Assembly: GCA_977017645.1 (NCBI GenBank)
Contig: CDRNVU010001290.1
Coordinates: 248,001 to 312,000, forward strand
Length of the DNA stretch: 64,000 bases
Origin: Torpedo marmorata
Taxonomy: Eukaryota
Direction of reading: 5' to 3'
The notes beneath the pieces were generated by a model. The model saw nothing but the letters and a program-made list of their open reading frames with translations, was not told the origin of the DNA and searched no databases. The translations under genes were made by a program, and so were the position numbers. Positions 1 through 12,999 of the stretch are shown here, one piece after another; the stretch's first letter is position 1; every line of letters begins with the position of its first letter.

Positions 1-38
1 TCATTTGGAAATAACTCTATGATTTATCTTTCTTTCAG

Positions 39-898
39 TCAATATAACGGCGATTCCAATCCTCTCCCATGAAAATTGTGGTCTCTCTAAATGCATCACT
101 CGCTACCTGGTTGCCATGGCGGTAACAGATCTGATGGTGGTTATCCTTGCTGTTATAATGCAGCAGATTAACTTTATTTATTTATTCGCTAATTTCTTGT
201 TCAAAACTCCGTTTTGTGCTGTGACGCACGTCCTGAGGCTCATAACATTGGACTGTTCCGTTTGGTTAACGGTTGCTTTCACATTTGATCGTTATGTCGC
301 CATCTGCTGTCAGAAGCTGCGGAAACGATACTGCACAGAGAGAACAGCGACCTTGGTGATGGTGACCGTGTTTGCAATGAGCGTTGCTCAGTCTGTTCCA
401 TTTTACTTCGTAGTGCATCCACGGCGCTGCGTCGTGACAGTTGAATACCTGACGTCACCTGCGTGGGCAGCGTACGAGTTATTTAAAACTATCATAACCC
501 CATTGTTACCAATCGGTTTAATTTTGCTGTTTGATGCATTAACCGTCAGACATATTGTAGCGGCAAACAGAGTCCGTCGGGCCCTCCGGTTCAGCAGTCA
601 GAATCGAAAAGATACAGAGGTAGAGAAACGGAGAAAATCGATGATTTTATTGTTTGCTCTCTCAGCTAATTTAATTATACTGTGGATGCCACAGGTGGCA
701 CACAATGTTAAATGGCAAAAGGAAAACTATTCATACACGGACAGATATTTCGGCACGCCGCCATACGTCCTGCAACAACTTGGGTTAATGTTAAGTATGC
801 TCAGTACCTCCACCAACACGTGCATCTATGTACTGACTCAAAGGAAATTCAGGGAGGAGCTGAAGAAAGTGGGAAAACATGTGTTCACATTAAATTGA
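39..898 (+). CDS. Orphan class A GPCR, GPR139/142-like paralog A, exon 2 (TM1 half to TM7 and C-tail); exon 1 lies upstream of the window
   Basis: Pyrimidine tract plus acceptor tttctttcAG ending at 38. The frame continues upstream of the listed Met: (V)NITAIPILSHENCGLSKCITRYLVAMAVTDL. Motifs AxxD (TM2), FDRYVAIC, LWMP, NTCIY and FREEL; seven hydrophobic segments; TGA at 896-898. Confidence 0.93.
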
Positions 899-1101
899 CT
901 TCTCTGCAAGTAACCAACACCTTTAACTTTGCATTAAGCTTTATAACAAATATTTTGAAGACATGTTGTTCACTGGAAATCGTTTTGTTTCCGGTCCATG
1001 CTGTTCTGTTAATTTGATTTGATAGGCAAAACGTAATTTACAAAGGTAGACCCGAAATTAATCATATACTAAATGACTATTCAAGAATACATGCCAACTT
1101 T

Positions 1102-1107
1102 AATAAA
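1102..1107 (+). terminator. Candidate polyadenylation signal of paralog A
   Basis: AATAAA about 200 nt after the stop codon; motif only. Confidence 0.35.
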
Positions 1108-1229
1108 TTCTGACAAAAATGTAACTAACATGAGATTGCGGCATAGGTGATTTACGTCTCATTAGTGTCGTTTCCTCTCGTCTGTCATTGATAAAACCCG
1201 CACCGGATCTCTATCAATTCCTGGACGCC

Positions 1230-1700
1230 TGCTCTTACCTCAGATCCGCACTTTCCTTCGCACTCTACACTTCCATCCCCTGAGGCCATTCTTGATGTAA
1301 CTGCAGAAAGTTGAAAACTTGGCCCTACAACTTCTCCTTCGCCTTCCTCCAACGAAACGAACATAACGTCTTGGTAATCCTTATGGTTACATTGACATCA
1401 TCCAAACCAATCCTGTGCATTCGGTGTTCTCCGTGTGCCATCCATGACGTTGGAGAGACAAAAGGTCGATAGGGGTCGATTGGGTGACCACTATGCCGAA
1501 CATTTATACCTGAGCTTCCTATCGCCAACCATTGCAACTGCCGGCCTTGCGAAATAAAGCCAATTCTGTCACTGACCTTATCTTTTGTCATGGTGAAGAC
1601 AAACGTATACTTGCGGAAAACACCTCATATACCTCCCGGAGAGCATTAAACCCAATGGCATGAATATTTCTTTACTTTACAATTGATAATAACCCCACAC
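1230..1700 (+). mobile_element. Degenerate Penelope-like element fragment (GIY-YIG region)
   Basis: Broken frames give LCIRCSPCAIHDVGETK..LGDHYAEH, similar to the GIY-YIG segment of the element at 28.2-29.7 kb. Confidence 0.65.
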
Positions 1701-2229
1701 CGATTTGTTTCCACTCTTCACTCCCCTTTGCCTAATCCTGTACGTAATATTTTCCATCGCACTTAATTTTCTCTCCTCCTCTTAATTCTTTATCTGTCCA
1801 CCTGTCGCCAACAGCTTCTACCTGTCAACGATCCCATATTCTTTCCCCATATATGTTTAACTTCACATTTTATATTATCATCATAAAGGAAGTCAACTTA
1901 AACTTTGATGAATCCGTTCTATCCATGGATACTTTCAGGCCCATTGAGTTTATCTCAGCAATTCCTTGTCTGCAACATATATCTGATAATCGAGACTATC
2001 GTTACGATTTTCCTACCTTCAACAAATGTAGAATTACAAACAAATTTCTCCTCATTATTCCGCGCCATTCGATTTTGGGTTGTGGGACGGACACGTTCCA
2101 AGCACAGTATAGAGTAGGGAAAACGAACCGGCGACAACGCTGTGCGTCTGAGTGGCAAGTCGCTGAACGGCTCTCCTGTATTCGACGTGATCCTTACGAA
2201 GACAGGTTAGCTGTTTAGAATGCGATTTA

Positions 2230-3320
2230 AACCAGCTCCTCCCCTTACAAGCCGACATGCCTTCCTGATGGCTGTAGTCACTCCAGTTGTGATACCACAT
2301 TAAAACAAGAAAATTAGTCTCCATGGTTATCGCCCATTGGTTCTGACATCGATCACCATGAATTCATTGGCAAAGCTGACTATGTCCCACGGTAACTCCA
2401 TCCTCGCACAAGGCCGCGATACAGAGGCATTCTCCACCCGTCGCAACGGATCGCAGGCAGACACCATTTACCTGACTCTGCACTCTGCTTTGGAACACCT
2501 GCATCATTTTCTTGACCGCAGATGTTTTATTCAAATGATAGTTCCAAACATGTTCGCCGCCGACCCCGATCGCTACATTTCAGTACCCACATTGGAACTG
2601 TATCCGGGGCTTCCTGACGTCCATAATTTAAGGTGAGAGCATTGGTGAAATCACCTGCTCCTCGGTAATGATTAATATCTGTAGCCTCCAAAGGCGCAGA
2701 CGTGGCCGCCAACAACACAGATTATATTGTCAATTATTGCTTTAACACCATCCCTCGGTTCGTTAAGGATATTACCATAATGGGCTAGATCTCAATATAC
2801 GGCGCCACGGAGTTCAGGAAGGAGATAACGACTGCTTGCATTATGTAAAATACCATGTTCTCCTTAAATCTCAGCAAAACTAAGTAGCTGGGCATTTATT
2901 CAAGGGGATCGGGGAGATGAACACATCGCAGCATTTATCAACGGCACTAAGGTGGAGTTGCTGCAGAGCTTAAGTCCATTAAGAAAATATTAGCACTTTA
3001 GCAACTTTACTTCTTTGGATGTCTAATGTAAGTGGAAACACCCCCCCCCCCCAATGTATTTTTAATCGAGTTTTACAGATGCACAAAACGAACTATCCTG
3101 CTCGGATGCATCAAATCTTGGTTCTGGAACTGTGGTCAAGATCACAATAAACAGCAATGAATGGCCATAAAGAAACTACTATCACTCCATCGCATCAATT
3201 CATACATCTCACTGACTCGGGAGAGCGGCTAACACAGAAAATGTCCCCTTCCGGACAGTCCCGCACTCTAGTACGCCCTTTTTCGGGTATAGGATACGTG
3301 CGGTTGAACAGACGAACCTA
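2230..3320 (+). mobile_element. Highly degenerate Rex1/Babar-type LINE RT fragment
   Basis: RRNGSQADTIYLTLHSALEHL matches RHNRSTADAISLALHSALDHL of the copy at 36.6 kb; downstream RT-like remnants. Confidence 0.65.
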
Positions 3321-4299
3321 CACCTACAGTTTGCTTACGTCACTCAAATAGTATCAAATAAATAAAGTATGATGCACTTTCACACTTTCAAGTGCGACGT
3401 TCCTGAAAACTTGCATGTTGTTTGTCACACAATCTCCGGCACTTTCCGAGTCTCTGTGACACTTCACCCTGAATCTTAATTTTATTTACCTTCTGTATTT
3501 ATGTAAGGGTTGCCGAGCACGTGAAATAAAGCTTTTCATTCTAGTGGTGCACGTGATAAAAAATAAATTCATCAGAAATTGAAACGAAGTACATGTCAGG
3601 GGCATGTCAACAAATGACCTGGAGTAATTAATTAAATCGTCAGAAGAGCGCCATCAAGGAACTCAGTGCCAGAGGAAAACACTGAATTTGCAAAGTCAGA
3701 GAAGATTACAATTGTGATTGCAATAGGCCTGGCCAGTTCATCTCGCACGGCAGTAGTTGCATCGGAGACAAACCTGTTTTGAAAAGTTGTAAAATGTAAT
3801 TAAATGTGGGTTCTTCGAAAATAATTGTACGTCGACATATCGATAAATAAAGATGCGATTGGACTTAACCTCAGTTTTGGAGTCTCTGCTCAGCATGTCA
3901 GTTGATACCAGACAGTGGTTACACTTGATATCTTCCGTTGTCGCAAACACACTGATGGAACGTACAAAGATCCACACAATGAATTCGGGGTATGGCCAGG
4001 ACCACATAGCCCAGGGAGCGCAAAACGCAATTAAATCACATTATCCACGTTTTCACTGGAATCTCAATTATCCAAAAATGCGGGTGAACATCCGCAGAAG
4101 TACAATTATCAGAGAGGGTCCTGGGTGATAGTAAACACGTCGTCAGTCCAGAGGCAGACAGCATAAATGTGCGGTTGAGGGTGTCATAGCCGTGGACGAT
4201 TTCTATGTGGGATTAAATCATGCATTTATAAAGCCCCCGTGGTCAGCTGCTCCAGAGGATAACGATGCATCGAATGGATATTGAAATGGCGGTGATTAT

Positions 4300-4900
4300 T
4301 CGCAATTGGTTTCTCTACATGAGTTGGATGGGACTGGTGGAGTTGCTAGTTGTTGGATTGACTGGATATCAGTGACCAGATGTCTTACGCAAGGATCGCT
4401 GTAAGGCGTGTAAGAAACATTTAATGCGCAGAGGGATCAGGGAATTCTGGTCATATCATTTAGAATAGCCACGCAGAATACACACCTGGTCTTGTTGCCT
4501 TCTTCCACGGGTCATGACGTGTGAAAGTAAGGAGGTCGTGATGCGGCTATATAAAACATTGGGTTAGGCCGCACTTCCAAACCTTTGTACACTTCGGGCC
4601 ATTCCTATACAGGGTGGGTGTGGAGTTTTTCGAGAAGGCGACAAAATATAGTTACCAGAATATTTCCTGGATTACAGATTCCGAGTTACAATTGGATTTT
4701 GTGCACACTCGTATACTCTGCGCTGCCGAAAACTGAAGGGCGACCTGATTGAAAGAATTACATCTTTGTAATTGGTAGGGCAGGCAGGCAGATTTTTCCT
4801 ACGTTACAAATATCACATCCCTGTTGGCACGCATGCAGCAGCCTATGGGGAAAGATTAAACAAGATGTATAGATCAGTCTTTATTTTAACTGGAGCCGTT
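4300..4900 (+). mobile_element. Degenerate CR1 LINE 3' ORF2 fragment
   Basis: gcagagggatcaggga, ctatataaaacattgggttaggccgcac and gggcgacctgattgaa resemble the CR1 QRDLG, LYKTLVRPHL and GDLIE segments. Confidence 0.55.
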
Positions 4901-4974
4901 TACGTATCAGGAAGAGGCTGCCAGGAGTATAGCGGGATACATGCAAATCTACAATGGTTCGGGTACAGTGAGGT

Positions 4975-5155
4975 AACAAAGAGTGCTGGAGAAACACAGC
5001 AGATCATTCAGCATTCACAGGAATCAAAGGACAATCGACATCTTGGTCTAAAGCCCTTCTTCAAGAGGGAGAAATGGCTCACGCCCAAGCCGTCGACTGC
5101 CTTTTACTCGCTATGGGTGCAGTGTGATCTGATGAGTTTCCCCAACTATTTATTT
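4975..5155. mobile_element. Inverted pair of Penelope-like 3' ends (fold-back element)
   Basis: tgctggagaaacacagcagatca ... gcccttcttcaag on the minus strand is mirrored by ggctcacgccc...gtcgac...tgatctgatgagtttcccca on plus; both arms resemble the PLE terminus at 28157-28300. Confidence 0.6.
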
Positions 5156-5674
5156 CTGCACTGCAGAAGTAGCGTTTGGGACCTTTCGGATGGACACGCG
5201 CATACTAAAGGAATAGAGGATCTGAAACATGTTACCGAAAGTTCATACCGTGTCGCCAGCTCTTTCTCATTTTTGCACAATTGTCGGACGGGCGACTGAT
5301 TTTTCGGCGGATTTGTGCGTCCGCAGAGCTCCCTGTGGCCGCAGCAACAGGGAGAATAAAAAGGATTCGGAGATTGAAACTCGACGAAATCCACGGTGTA
5401 TGTCTTCAGTGATACTAGAAGTTACATATTGACGAGGAAACACAAGTCTGTCAAGTATTTTCAAATATTTATTTTTCAGTCCGTCATCTATCCTCTTCTT
5501 ATTGCAGAACAGCCGACGGCGATGCTGAAACGCTTCGGTTCCTGAAACAATACCTGTATTTATGCATTAACTCTCAGTAAGCTCGGAGAAGAGCTGACAA
5601 TCGCGCTGAAATACTCGATGAAACTAATTATGAAATTAGTTAAATCGTAGAAAATAGAGCAACACACTGTCTTT

Positions 5675-6599
5675 TTTTATTTTAAATATTTTATTTAAAA
5701 TTTTAACTCACACGATAATACATGTTTATAAAATACAAAATTATCAAAATTCGTGTGATATATTTTCACCCTCCCCTCCCTCCTTTCCCCCTCCCTAACC
5801 CACCCACCCCCTCTACTCGACTAAAAAAGAAAGAAAAAAAAGAATAGAGTGTGGAGAATGTCATTCTAAAAGAAACAACTATAAATTAATTTTATTGTGG
5901 AACATAGGTTCGCCAGTCAGACCCTATATCAAGAGATCTTCAAATCCTTAAACCCACAGTTTTTATATATGGGCTCCATACCTTCAAAAAGGAATGATAT
6001 TTAAATTAAAGGTAATTATTTCAAGTGGTATACATGAACCAAGTTCTGCATGTCATCTTTCTAACCCTAAATCTACATGAGATTTCCAAGTAATAGCAAT
6101 ACATTTCTTTGAAACAGCTAAAGCAATCCGCAAAAATTCTATTTGGTACATATTTAATCTCATTTTACTACTAAGTCTTTTAATATCTCCAAACAAAAAT
6201 ATAATAAGATCCATTGGGAGTGTAATTCTCAACAATTTATCTGATACCTTTTTAACTTTCAACCAAAAATCATATATCTTTGCACAAAACCACGTAGAAT
6301 GTATAAAAGAACCTTCCTCTTTATTACATCTAAAACATAAACCGGGTAACGTCGGATTATTATTTTTTTGTTTCTTTGGAGTGAAATATAATTGATGCAA
6401 AAACTTATATTGCACTAACCTATATCTAACATTAATAATCTTCGTCATACATTGTTTACATATTTCTTTCCAATATTCCTCAACTATTGTTACATTCAGA
6501 TCTAATTCCCATTTTAATCTTGATATATGAATTCCTGGTTTTGGCATTTTTTTCTGTAACAATCTATACATTTGAGAAATAAATTTATTTATACCCCTC
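5675..6599 (-). mobile_element. 5'-truncated L1-clade LINE (ORF2 C-terminal Cys-rich domain, 3'UTR, A-rich tail)
   Basis: ORF 6053-6601 with YRLVQYKFLHQLY, CFRC...HSTWFC and KKCIAITWK; T-rich tail at left; target-site duplication ACACTGTCTTT at 5664-5674 and 6603-6613. Confidence 0.9.
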
Positions 6600-6789
6600 A
6601 AGACACTGTCTTTGAATGAACGTCAATGTTGTTAGCCTGCACTCTTCACATGACAAAATGTGAAAAAAATATTTTTTATGGTAGAGAAGTCCAAGACCAT
6701 TTCGTTTACTTCATCACTCACCGCCCCGGAGATATTTATGTCGTAAAACGAATTATTACCCTTCACTTTTAATTATTTATATTTTTATG

Positions 6790-7024
6790 ATGGACGTAAT
6801 GGGGCATTTCGGCCCACGTGCCAGTGCCGTCCAATTACACCCATTGACCGACACTTCCGGGACGCTTTTTAACGGTGGGGTGAAACCTGTGCTCCCGGAG
6901 GAAACCCACACAGACACGAGGAGAACATAGAAACTCCTTACAGAGAGCGCCGGATACGAAACTCGGTCCCGATCGCTGGCGCTGTAACAGCGTTGCTCCA
7001 ACCGCTACCCTAACTGTGCCGCCA
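6790..7024 (-). mobile_element. tRNA-derived V-SINE (HE1-like)
   Basis: Minus strand: tRNA-like head (ggcggcacagttagggtagcgg...gtttcgtatcc), V-domain GTTCTCCTCGTGTCTGTGTGGGTTTCCTCCGGG and a CR1-like tail gggccgaaatgccc. Confidence 0.85.
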
Positions 7025-8089
7025 AAGTTTGCCGCTTAATTTGACACTGATATTTCTGTCTAGTGTTACCAGTCCTCATTTTATGTGCGGAAACACATCA
7101 ATGAGTGACCGTGAGCGTTGGTGGAAATATTTTTGTTGTGCGAGAAATTAGCAGTGTTTGTGATGAGTACGATACAGGACTCAAACGAGACATTCAGAAA
7201 TATCGTACCTGGACAGCAGATGAGCTGTAAACCTGTGGAGGGCGGATTTTTGAGGATCCTTTATCCATGTCCATAGAAGAACGAGGTACTGACTGTGTGA
7301 TAAGTAATTGTGAAACTTGCGAAGGTCAGTGTGAATGTTTTAGAACATGTTTGTGAAAGTTTAGCATCATATGTCAGAAATATGCGTCTTAAAGTCACTT
7401 AATATAGTAGGAAGACAGCAACTTATAACTGAATGGAGCAAACGTGGAAAACACAGCATTTAACTTCGTCAGTGAATCTTCGTGCCAATGTTCGCAAGAA
7501 ATGGTTGACAATTGAAGATTTACGAGAAAACACTGAAGCCATGTATATGACGCGATAGAATTTAAAACGAGTAAAATATTTCTCTCAATTATTCCTCTAT
7601 TATTGAAAACCAATTGTTTTAATTTCCAAGGTGTTGTTCTTATTCAGTGAGCCCAGTAGAGATATGGACATCATTCTAAGCACCGTCCGTTACCAACATT
7701 TCTCAGAAAACATGTGGTTATAATTGGCGGAAGGTATTATTTATGTGGTAAATGTTTCTCTGCAGCTCCATCACATCAATAATTGAACAATCGAAATGCA
7801 ATTTAACAGAGAAGTCTGGATATAGACACAAGGAAAAAAGTAAATTCTACGATTGCATGATGTTCTTTTTGCAGTAAACAAGTTTTGCTTTGGGAGGAAC
7901 GTTTCCAAAATGAAGAGGTGTGGATCAACATTTCTTATGCTTTTGGAATACGCGTATTTCCAGGTCCCAATCGCATTTTAAAGTATGTTGTTTTATTTTC
8001 ATTTCCGAGAGTAGAATTCACGCGGGCGGTATGCTGATATTAGCGTGTATTACCATATGAATCACTTTCCTGTATTAAATTCAATGGAG

Positions 8090-9595
8090 ATAACTTGTGG
8101 AATGCCGACGAGATGGCTTATTAGCAGCTTGTGGGTGAGGCTATCAGGGAAATTGCAATTCCGGATTGGGTGATCGGTAATTAACCAGAGTTTATAAGTG
8201 AGGTGAAGGTTAGGGAACCCTTAGGATGCACTGGTAATATTACAGACTTCGTCCTGCAGTTTGCAAGGGATAAACAAAATCAGAAGCGTCACTATATTTG
8301 TGGAATAAAGGGGACTACGGAGGTATGAGAGATGATTTGGCAAATGTCAAGTGGAAAGGTACACGAGCAGGGAGGAGGCAGAGCAGCAACCGCTTCAGTG
8401 TCTGCGAGAAATAAGTAAAGTGCAGAAGACATTTTTTCTTCAGAAAACAAGTATATAAATGGAAAAATGACACAATTGTGGCTGACAATAGAAGTCAAAT
8501 GCAAAGTTAAGGAAAAAGAATGGGCATAAACAGAATCAAAAATCAGTGGAGGTATGGGACTGGGAAACACTTTCAACAAAGTGAATACAACTAAGAAGGT
8601 GATTGGGAAGCAAAAATATGAACGTTGACATGTGGCCGGCAAATAATATTAAAAATTATACCAAAGGTTTTTCAGAACATGACGAGAAAAATAGGCAAGA
8701 GTAAATATAGGACAAATATACAATTACGCTGATGAAATCATAATGGACAAGATGGAAACGGCAGATTAACTGAATGAGTATTTTGAATCAGTCCTCACTG
8801 TGGAAGACATTACCAGTATACCAGATTTTCAAGGGATTCAGTCATGATCACCAGAGATGTCCTTGGGAAGCTGGAGGGTCACAGGGCAGATATGGCTGCC
8901 GGACCCGATGGAATGCACGCTTGGGTTCTGAAAGAAGTAGCTGTAGAGATTGTGGAGGCACTAGTAATGAGTTTCTAAGAATCAACATTTCTGGCATGGT
9001 TCCGGAGGACTGGCAACTTGCTAAGGTAACTCCGCTATTCATAAAGGGAGGGATGCACCAGAAAGGACATGATAGACATTTTACCCTAACATTGGTGGTT
9101 TGTAAGTTGTTTAAGTCGATTGTCAAGGACGAGGTTGGGGAGTACCTGCAGGTGCATGACAAGATAGGGAAAGTCAGCATCCTTTACTTAAAAGAAATCC
9201 TGCCTGAAAACCGACTGCAATTTTTTGAGGAACCCAGAAGCAGGCCAGACAAAAGACCTGCAGTAGATATTATATGTTTGTCATTTCAAATGGCATTTGA
9301 CAAGATTCTGCAGATGAGGATGCTTCACGAAATGAGAGCCCATGGAATTTCAGGAAAGATACCACAATAGGTGGAACATTCGCTGATCAGCAGGAAAAAG
9401 AGAGTGGAAATAAAGGGAACCTATTGCGGTTGGCTTCCCGTTACTAGTGGTATTTCGCGAGTGTCGTTGTTGGGCCAACTTGTTTTTTTTTACGTTGAAT
9501 TGGGAAATAAATTGATTTTTGGCTAGTTATAATATGATAAAAATATAGGTGGAAGAGCAGGTAGTTAAGAGGGAACGGAGAGGCTGAAGTGAGAA
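8090..9595 (+). mobile_element. Degenerate CR1 LINE ORF2 (endonuclease end to RT)
   Basis: ORF 8774-9370 contains GMVPEDWQLAKVTPLFIKGG and VDIICLSFQMAFDK; stops and frameshifts elsewhere. Confidence 0.85.
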
Positions 9596-9599
9596 AAGA

Positions 9600-12560
9600 T
9601 AGAACCATAGATCCAGCGGACATTACAGCAGAGAAACAGGATATTCAGCCCGTGTAGACTGTACAGAATTACCTTTCGTCGTCGTCCCACTTAGCTTCAG
9701 CCAGTCCATCGCCATCCACACCTCTACCATCCATGTACCTGTCCAAATTCTACATAACTATTAAAATTAAACCCGCAAGCTGGCAGCTCGTTCCACACTC
9801 CCACCACTCTCTTTGTGAAGAGCCTCCCCCTAATGTTCCCCCCAAATATAACCTTTCAATCTTAACCCGTGTCCTCTGGTTTGTATCTTACCTACCCTCA
9901 ATGGAAAAAACCTACCTACATTTACTGGGTATATACCATTCATAATTTTAAACACCTCTATCAAATCTCCCATGCTTCTTATACACTCCAGGGAATAAAT
10001 TCCTAACCTGTTTAATCTTCCCCTGAATCTCAGTTACTGAAATTCGGCCAACGTCCTCGTAAGCTTCGCTGTAAGGTTTCAAACATATAGATATCTCTCC
10101 TGTAGTTAGGTGACAATCATTTCACACAATCCAAAGTTTGCCTGAACAATGTCTTGTACAACCTTACCATATCATCCCAACATCCTTACCCAATAATTTG
10201 ATTTATGAAGGTCAATATTCCAAAAGCCTATCTCCCTCTGATGCCACTTTCAGGGAATTTTGTATCTGTATTCCAAGATCCCTCTGTTCTACCACAGTCC
10301 TGAGTGCCCTACCATTCACCGTGCATGTCATTTCTTCGTTTGTCCTTCCAAAATCCAACAGCTCACACTTGTCTGCATTAAATTCCATCAGCCAGTTCCA
10401 GCCCATTTTACAGCTTATCCAGATCCCTCTGCAAGTTTTGAAACCCTTCCTCAATCTCCCCTACGCCACGAACCTTTGCGTCATCAGCAAACCTGCTGAT
10501 CCAATTTACCACTTTAAAAACAACAATGGTCCCAGCAATGATCCTTGACTCTCACCATTAGTCACGGGAATCCTGTCTGAGAAGAAGTCATCCACCACAA
10601 ATCTCTGGCTTCTCCCGCACATCCTTTGTCGAATCCAGTGTACTGCCTCACCACGGATACCGAGTTCCTGAATCTTTTTGACTAACCTCCCATGTGGTAC
10701 CTTGTCAAAGTCGTATGAAATTCCATGTAGACAACATCCACAGCCTTTTCTTCATCAATCTTCCTCGTAACTTCCTGAAAAACTCTATCAAATTGTTAAA
10801 CACGACCTACCATGCATAAAGCCATGATGACTATCCTTAATCAGTCCCTGACTATCCAAATAATGGCATTTCAAAACTTCTTCAACATCCTCCAATACTT
10901 TACCGATAATTGACGTCAGGCTGAACGGCCGAGCATTTCCAGGGTTCCTTGTGAAGATTTTTTTTAAACAACGAACAACATGAGCTACCCTGCAATCATC
11001 CGGCACCAAACCGTGGATAAGGACATTTCAAATATTTATGTCAGAGCCCCTACAATTTCCACAATAGCCTCCCTCAAGCGAATATATTTTCCGACAGTAG
11101 GGATTTATCCACCCTTATCTGTTTAACACAGCAAGAATTTCTTCCACTTTAATCTTTATTGATTCCATGGCCTCACTCCTTGATTTCCAAACTTCACTTG
11201 TCTCTGTGCCAGTGTCCTCATTAAATATTGATGCAAAAACCCATTTGAGATCCCCCCATATCCTTTGGCCCCTTACACCGCCGACCACTCTGATCTTCAA
11301 ATGGATCAATTCTGCCCCTTACTTTCCATTTGCTCTGAATATACATTAAGAAACCCTTAGGATATACCTTCGCATTGTCTGCCAAATCAACCTCATGTCT
11401 TCATTTCGCCTTCCTGATTTATTTTTTGAGTTCTTTCTTGCATGTTGTATACTCCTCGAGCACATAGGTTGCTCCGCGTTGCGTATACCTGCGATACATC
11501 TCCCTTTTCTTCCGAGTCAGAGCCGAAATATCCCTCAAATAGTAAGTTACCCTATGCCTGTGAACGTTTCGTTTAATCCTGACAGGAACATACAACCTCT
11601 GTACTCTCAAAGTTTCACCTTTGAAGGTCTCCCACTTACCTCGCACATCTTTGCCAGAAAACTACGTATCGCAATCCACGCATTCTAGATCCTTTCTCAT
11701 TCCATCAAATTTTTTATTTCTCCGATATATAATCTCAACTCGAGCACCAGACCTATCCTTCTCCATAATTAATTTGGAACTAATGGCATTATTCTCACTG
11801 GACTCGAACCTGCACATATTTGTGTCAGATGTGTTCTCTCGTTGCCTAATTGGAAATAAAGAATTGCACTACCTCCAGTTGCTTCCTCTGTATATGGATT
11901 TAGAAAACTTTCCTGAACACATTTGACAAACTCCAAGCCATCCTGCCCCTTTACAGTATGGAAGTCTTGCTCAATATGTGGAAAGTTAAAATATCCTACT
12001 GGCACAAACTTATGTTTCCTGAAGCTGTCTGCTCTCTCTCTATAGATTTGCTCCTCCAATTCTCCTTCACTATAGCGGAGTCTATAATACTGCCCCATAA
12101 GTGTCGTCATACCTTCAAGTTTCTGATCTCCACCCACATAGCTTCCACAGACGAGCCCTCTGGTCTGCCTTGTCTGAGCACAGCAGTGATATTTTCCCTG
12201 CTGTACAATGCCACTCCTCCCCGTTTCACCCAACCCTCCCTGTTCTATCGCGTCTGAAAAATCGGAAGCCAAAAACGTTGTACTTCCAGTCAAGACCCTC
12301 CTGCAACCAAGTTTCACTCATGGCCACAATGTCATAATTCCACGTGCGAATCCAGGCTCTCAGCTCGTCGGCCATTCCTACAATAGGTCCTGAATTGTAA
12401 TAGATGCAACTGAGAATATTTCTGCCACGTACAACTCTTTGACGTCTGACGTAACGTGAAGTTTGCACATCATATTTTCCTATCTGCTCTGGCACACTCG
12501 GTCCCATCCACTGCCAATCTAGTCTAACCCCCAACCCTCCCGGAGCAGCACTAGAAAAAC
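9600..12560 (-). mobile_element. Degenerate CR1 LINE (endonuclease, RT and 3' tail, with internal deletions)
   Basis: Minus-strand ORF fragments YDIVAMSETWL, GYFNFPHI, VPDDCRVAHVV, HHGFMHGRSCLT, WLMEFNADKCE and EQRDLG; 3' tail near 9600. Confidence 0.9.
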
Positions 12561-12716
12561 CTTTTACGATCGTTATCCTGTTATATTATTTGATAGCCCT
12601 CGGATCTGTCCACAGCTGCACCAACCATTGTACCATCCATGAAGCTACTAACACAGCCACCCATTTTGTCATCCATGTAATTCATATTTAACACGCATAA
12701 TAAGAGTCCTAATTTT

Positions 12717-12990
12717 CTTTTACTTTTAAAAATATTTTGTATTGAGTTTCAACAATAAACATGTATTCAGAGTAACAGAATTAAGAAAAACATTCAGAAC
12801 CTCATCTGGTATTCATACATATATATATAAAAAACACTAAATAAATTGTCATAACTAAATTCGAATATAGGTTAAAACTCGAGTTCCGTATAATTATCTT
12901 TAAAAAATTGAAAATAAAATTTAGAAAAAGAAAAAAAAATTCAATCCAACTGTAATAAGCTCCTAGACTGAACATCACACTTCGCAACGT
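12717..12990 (-). mobile_element. Possible L1 3'UTR/tail remnant
   Basis: T-rich start and AT-rich UTR-like body resembling the other L1 tails; no coding signature. Confidence 0.35.
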
Positions 12991-12999
12991 CAGGGGACT

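Noticed and set aside
4772-5299. 175-aa ORF as a host gene
   Set aside because: It crosses a CR1 remnant and the Penelope fold-back, starts at a non-ATG codon and has no recognisable domain.
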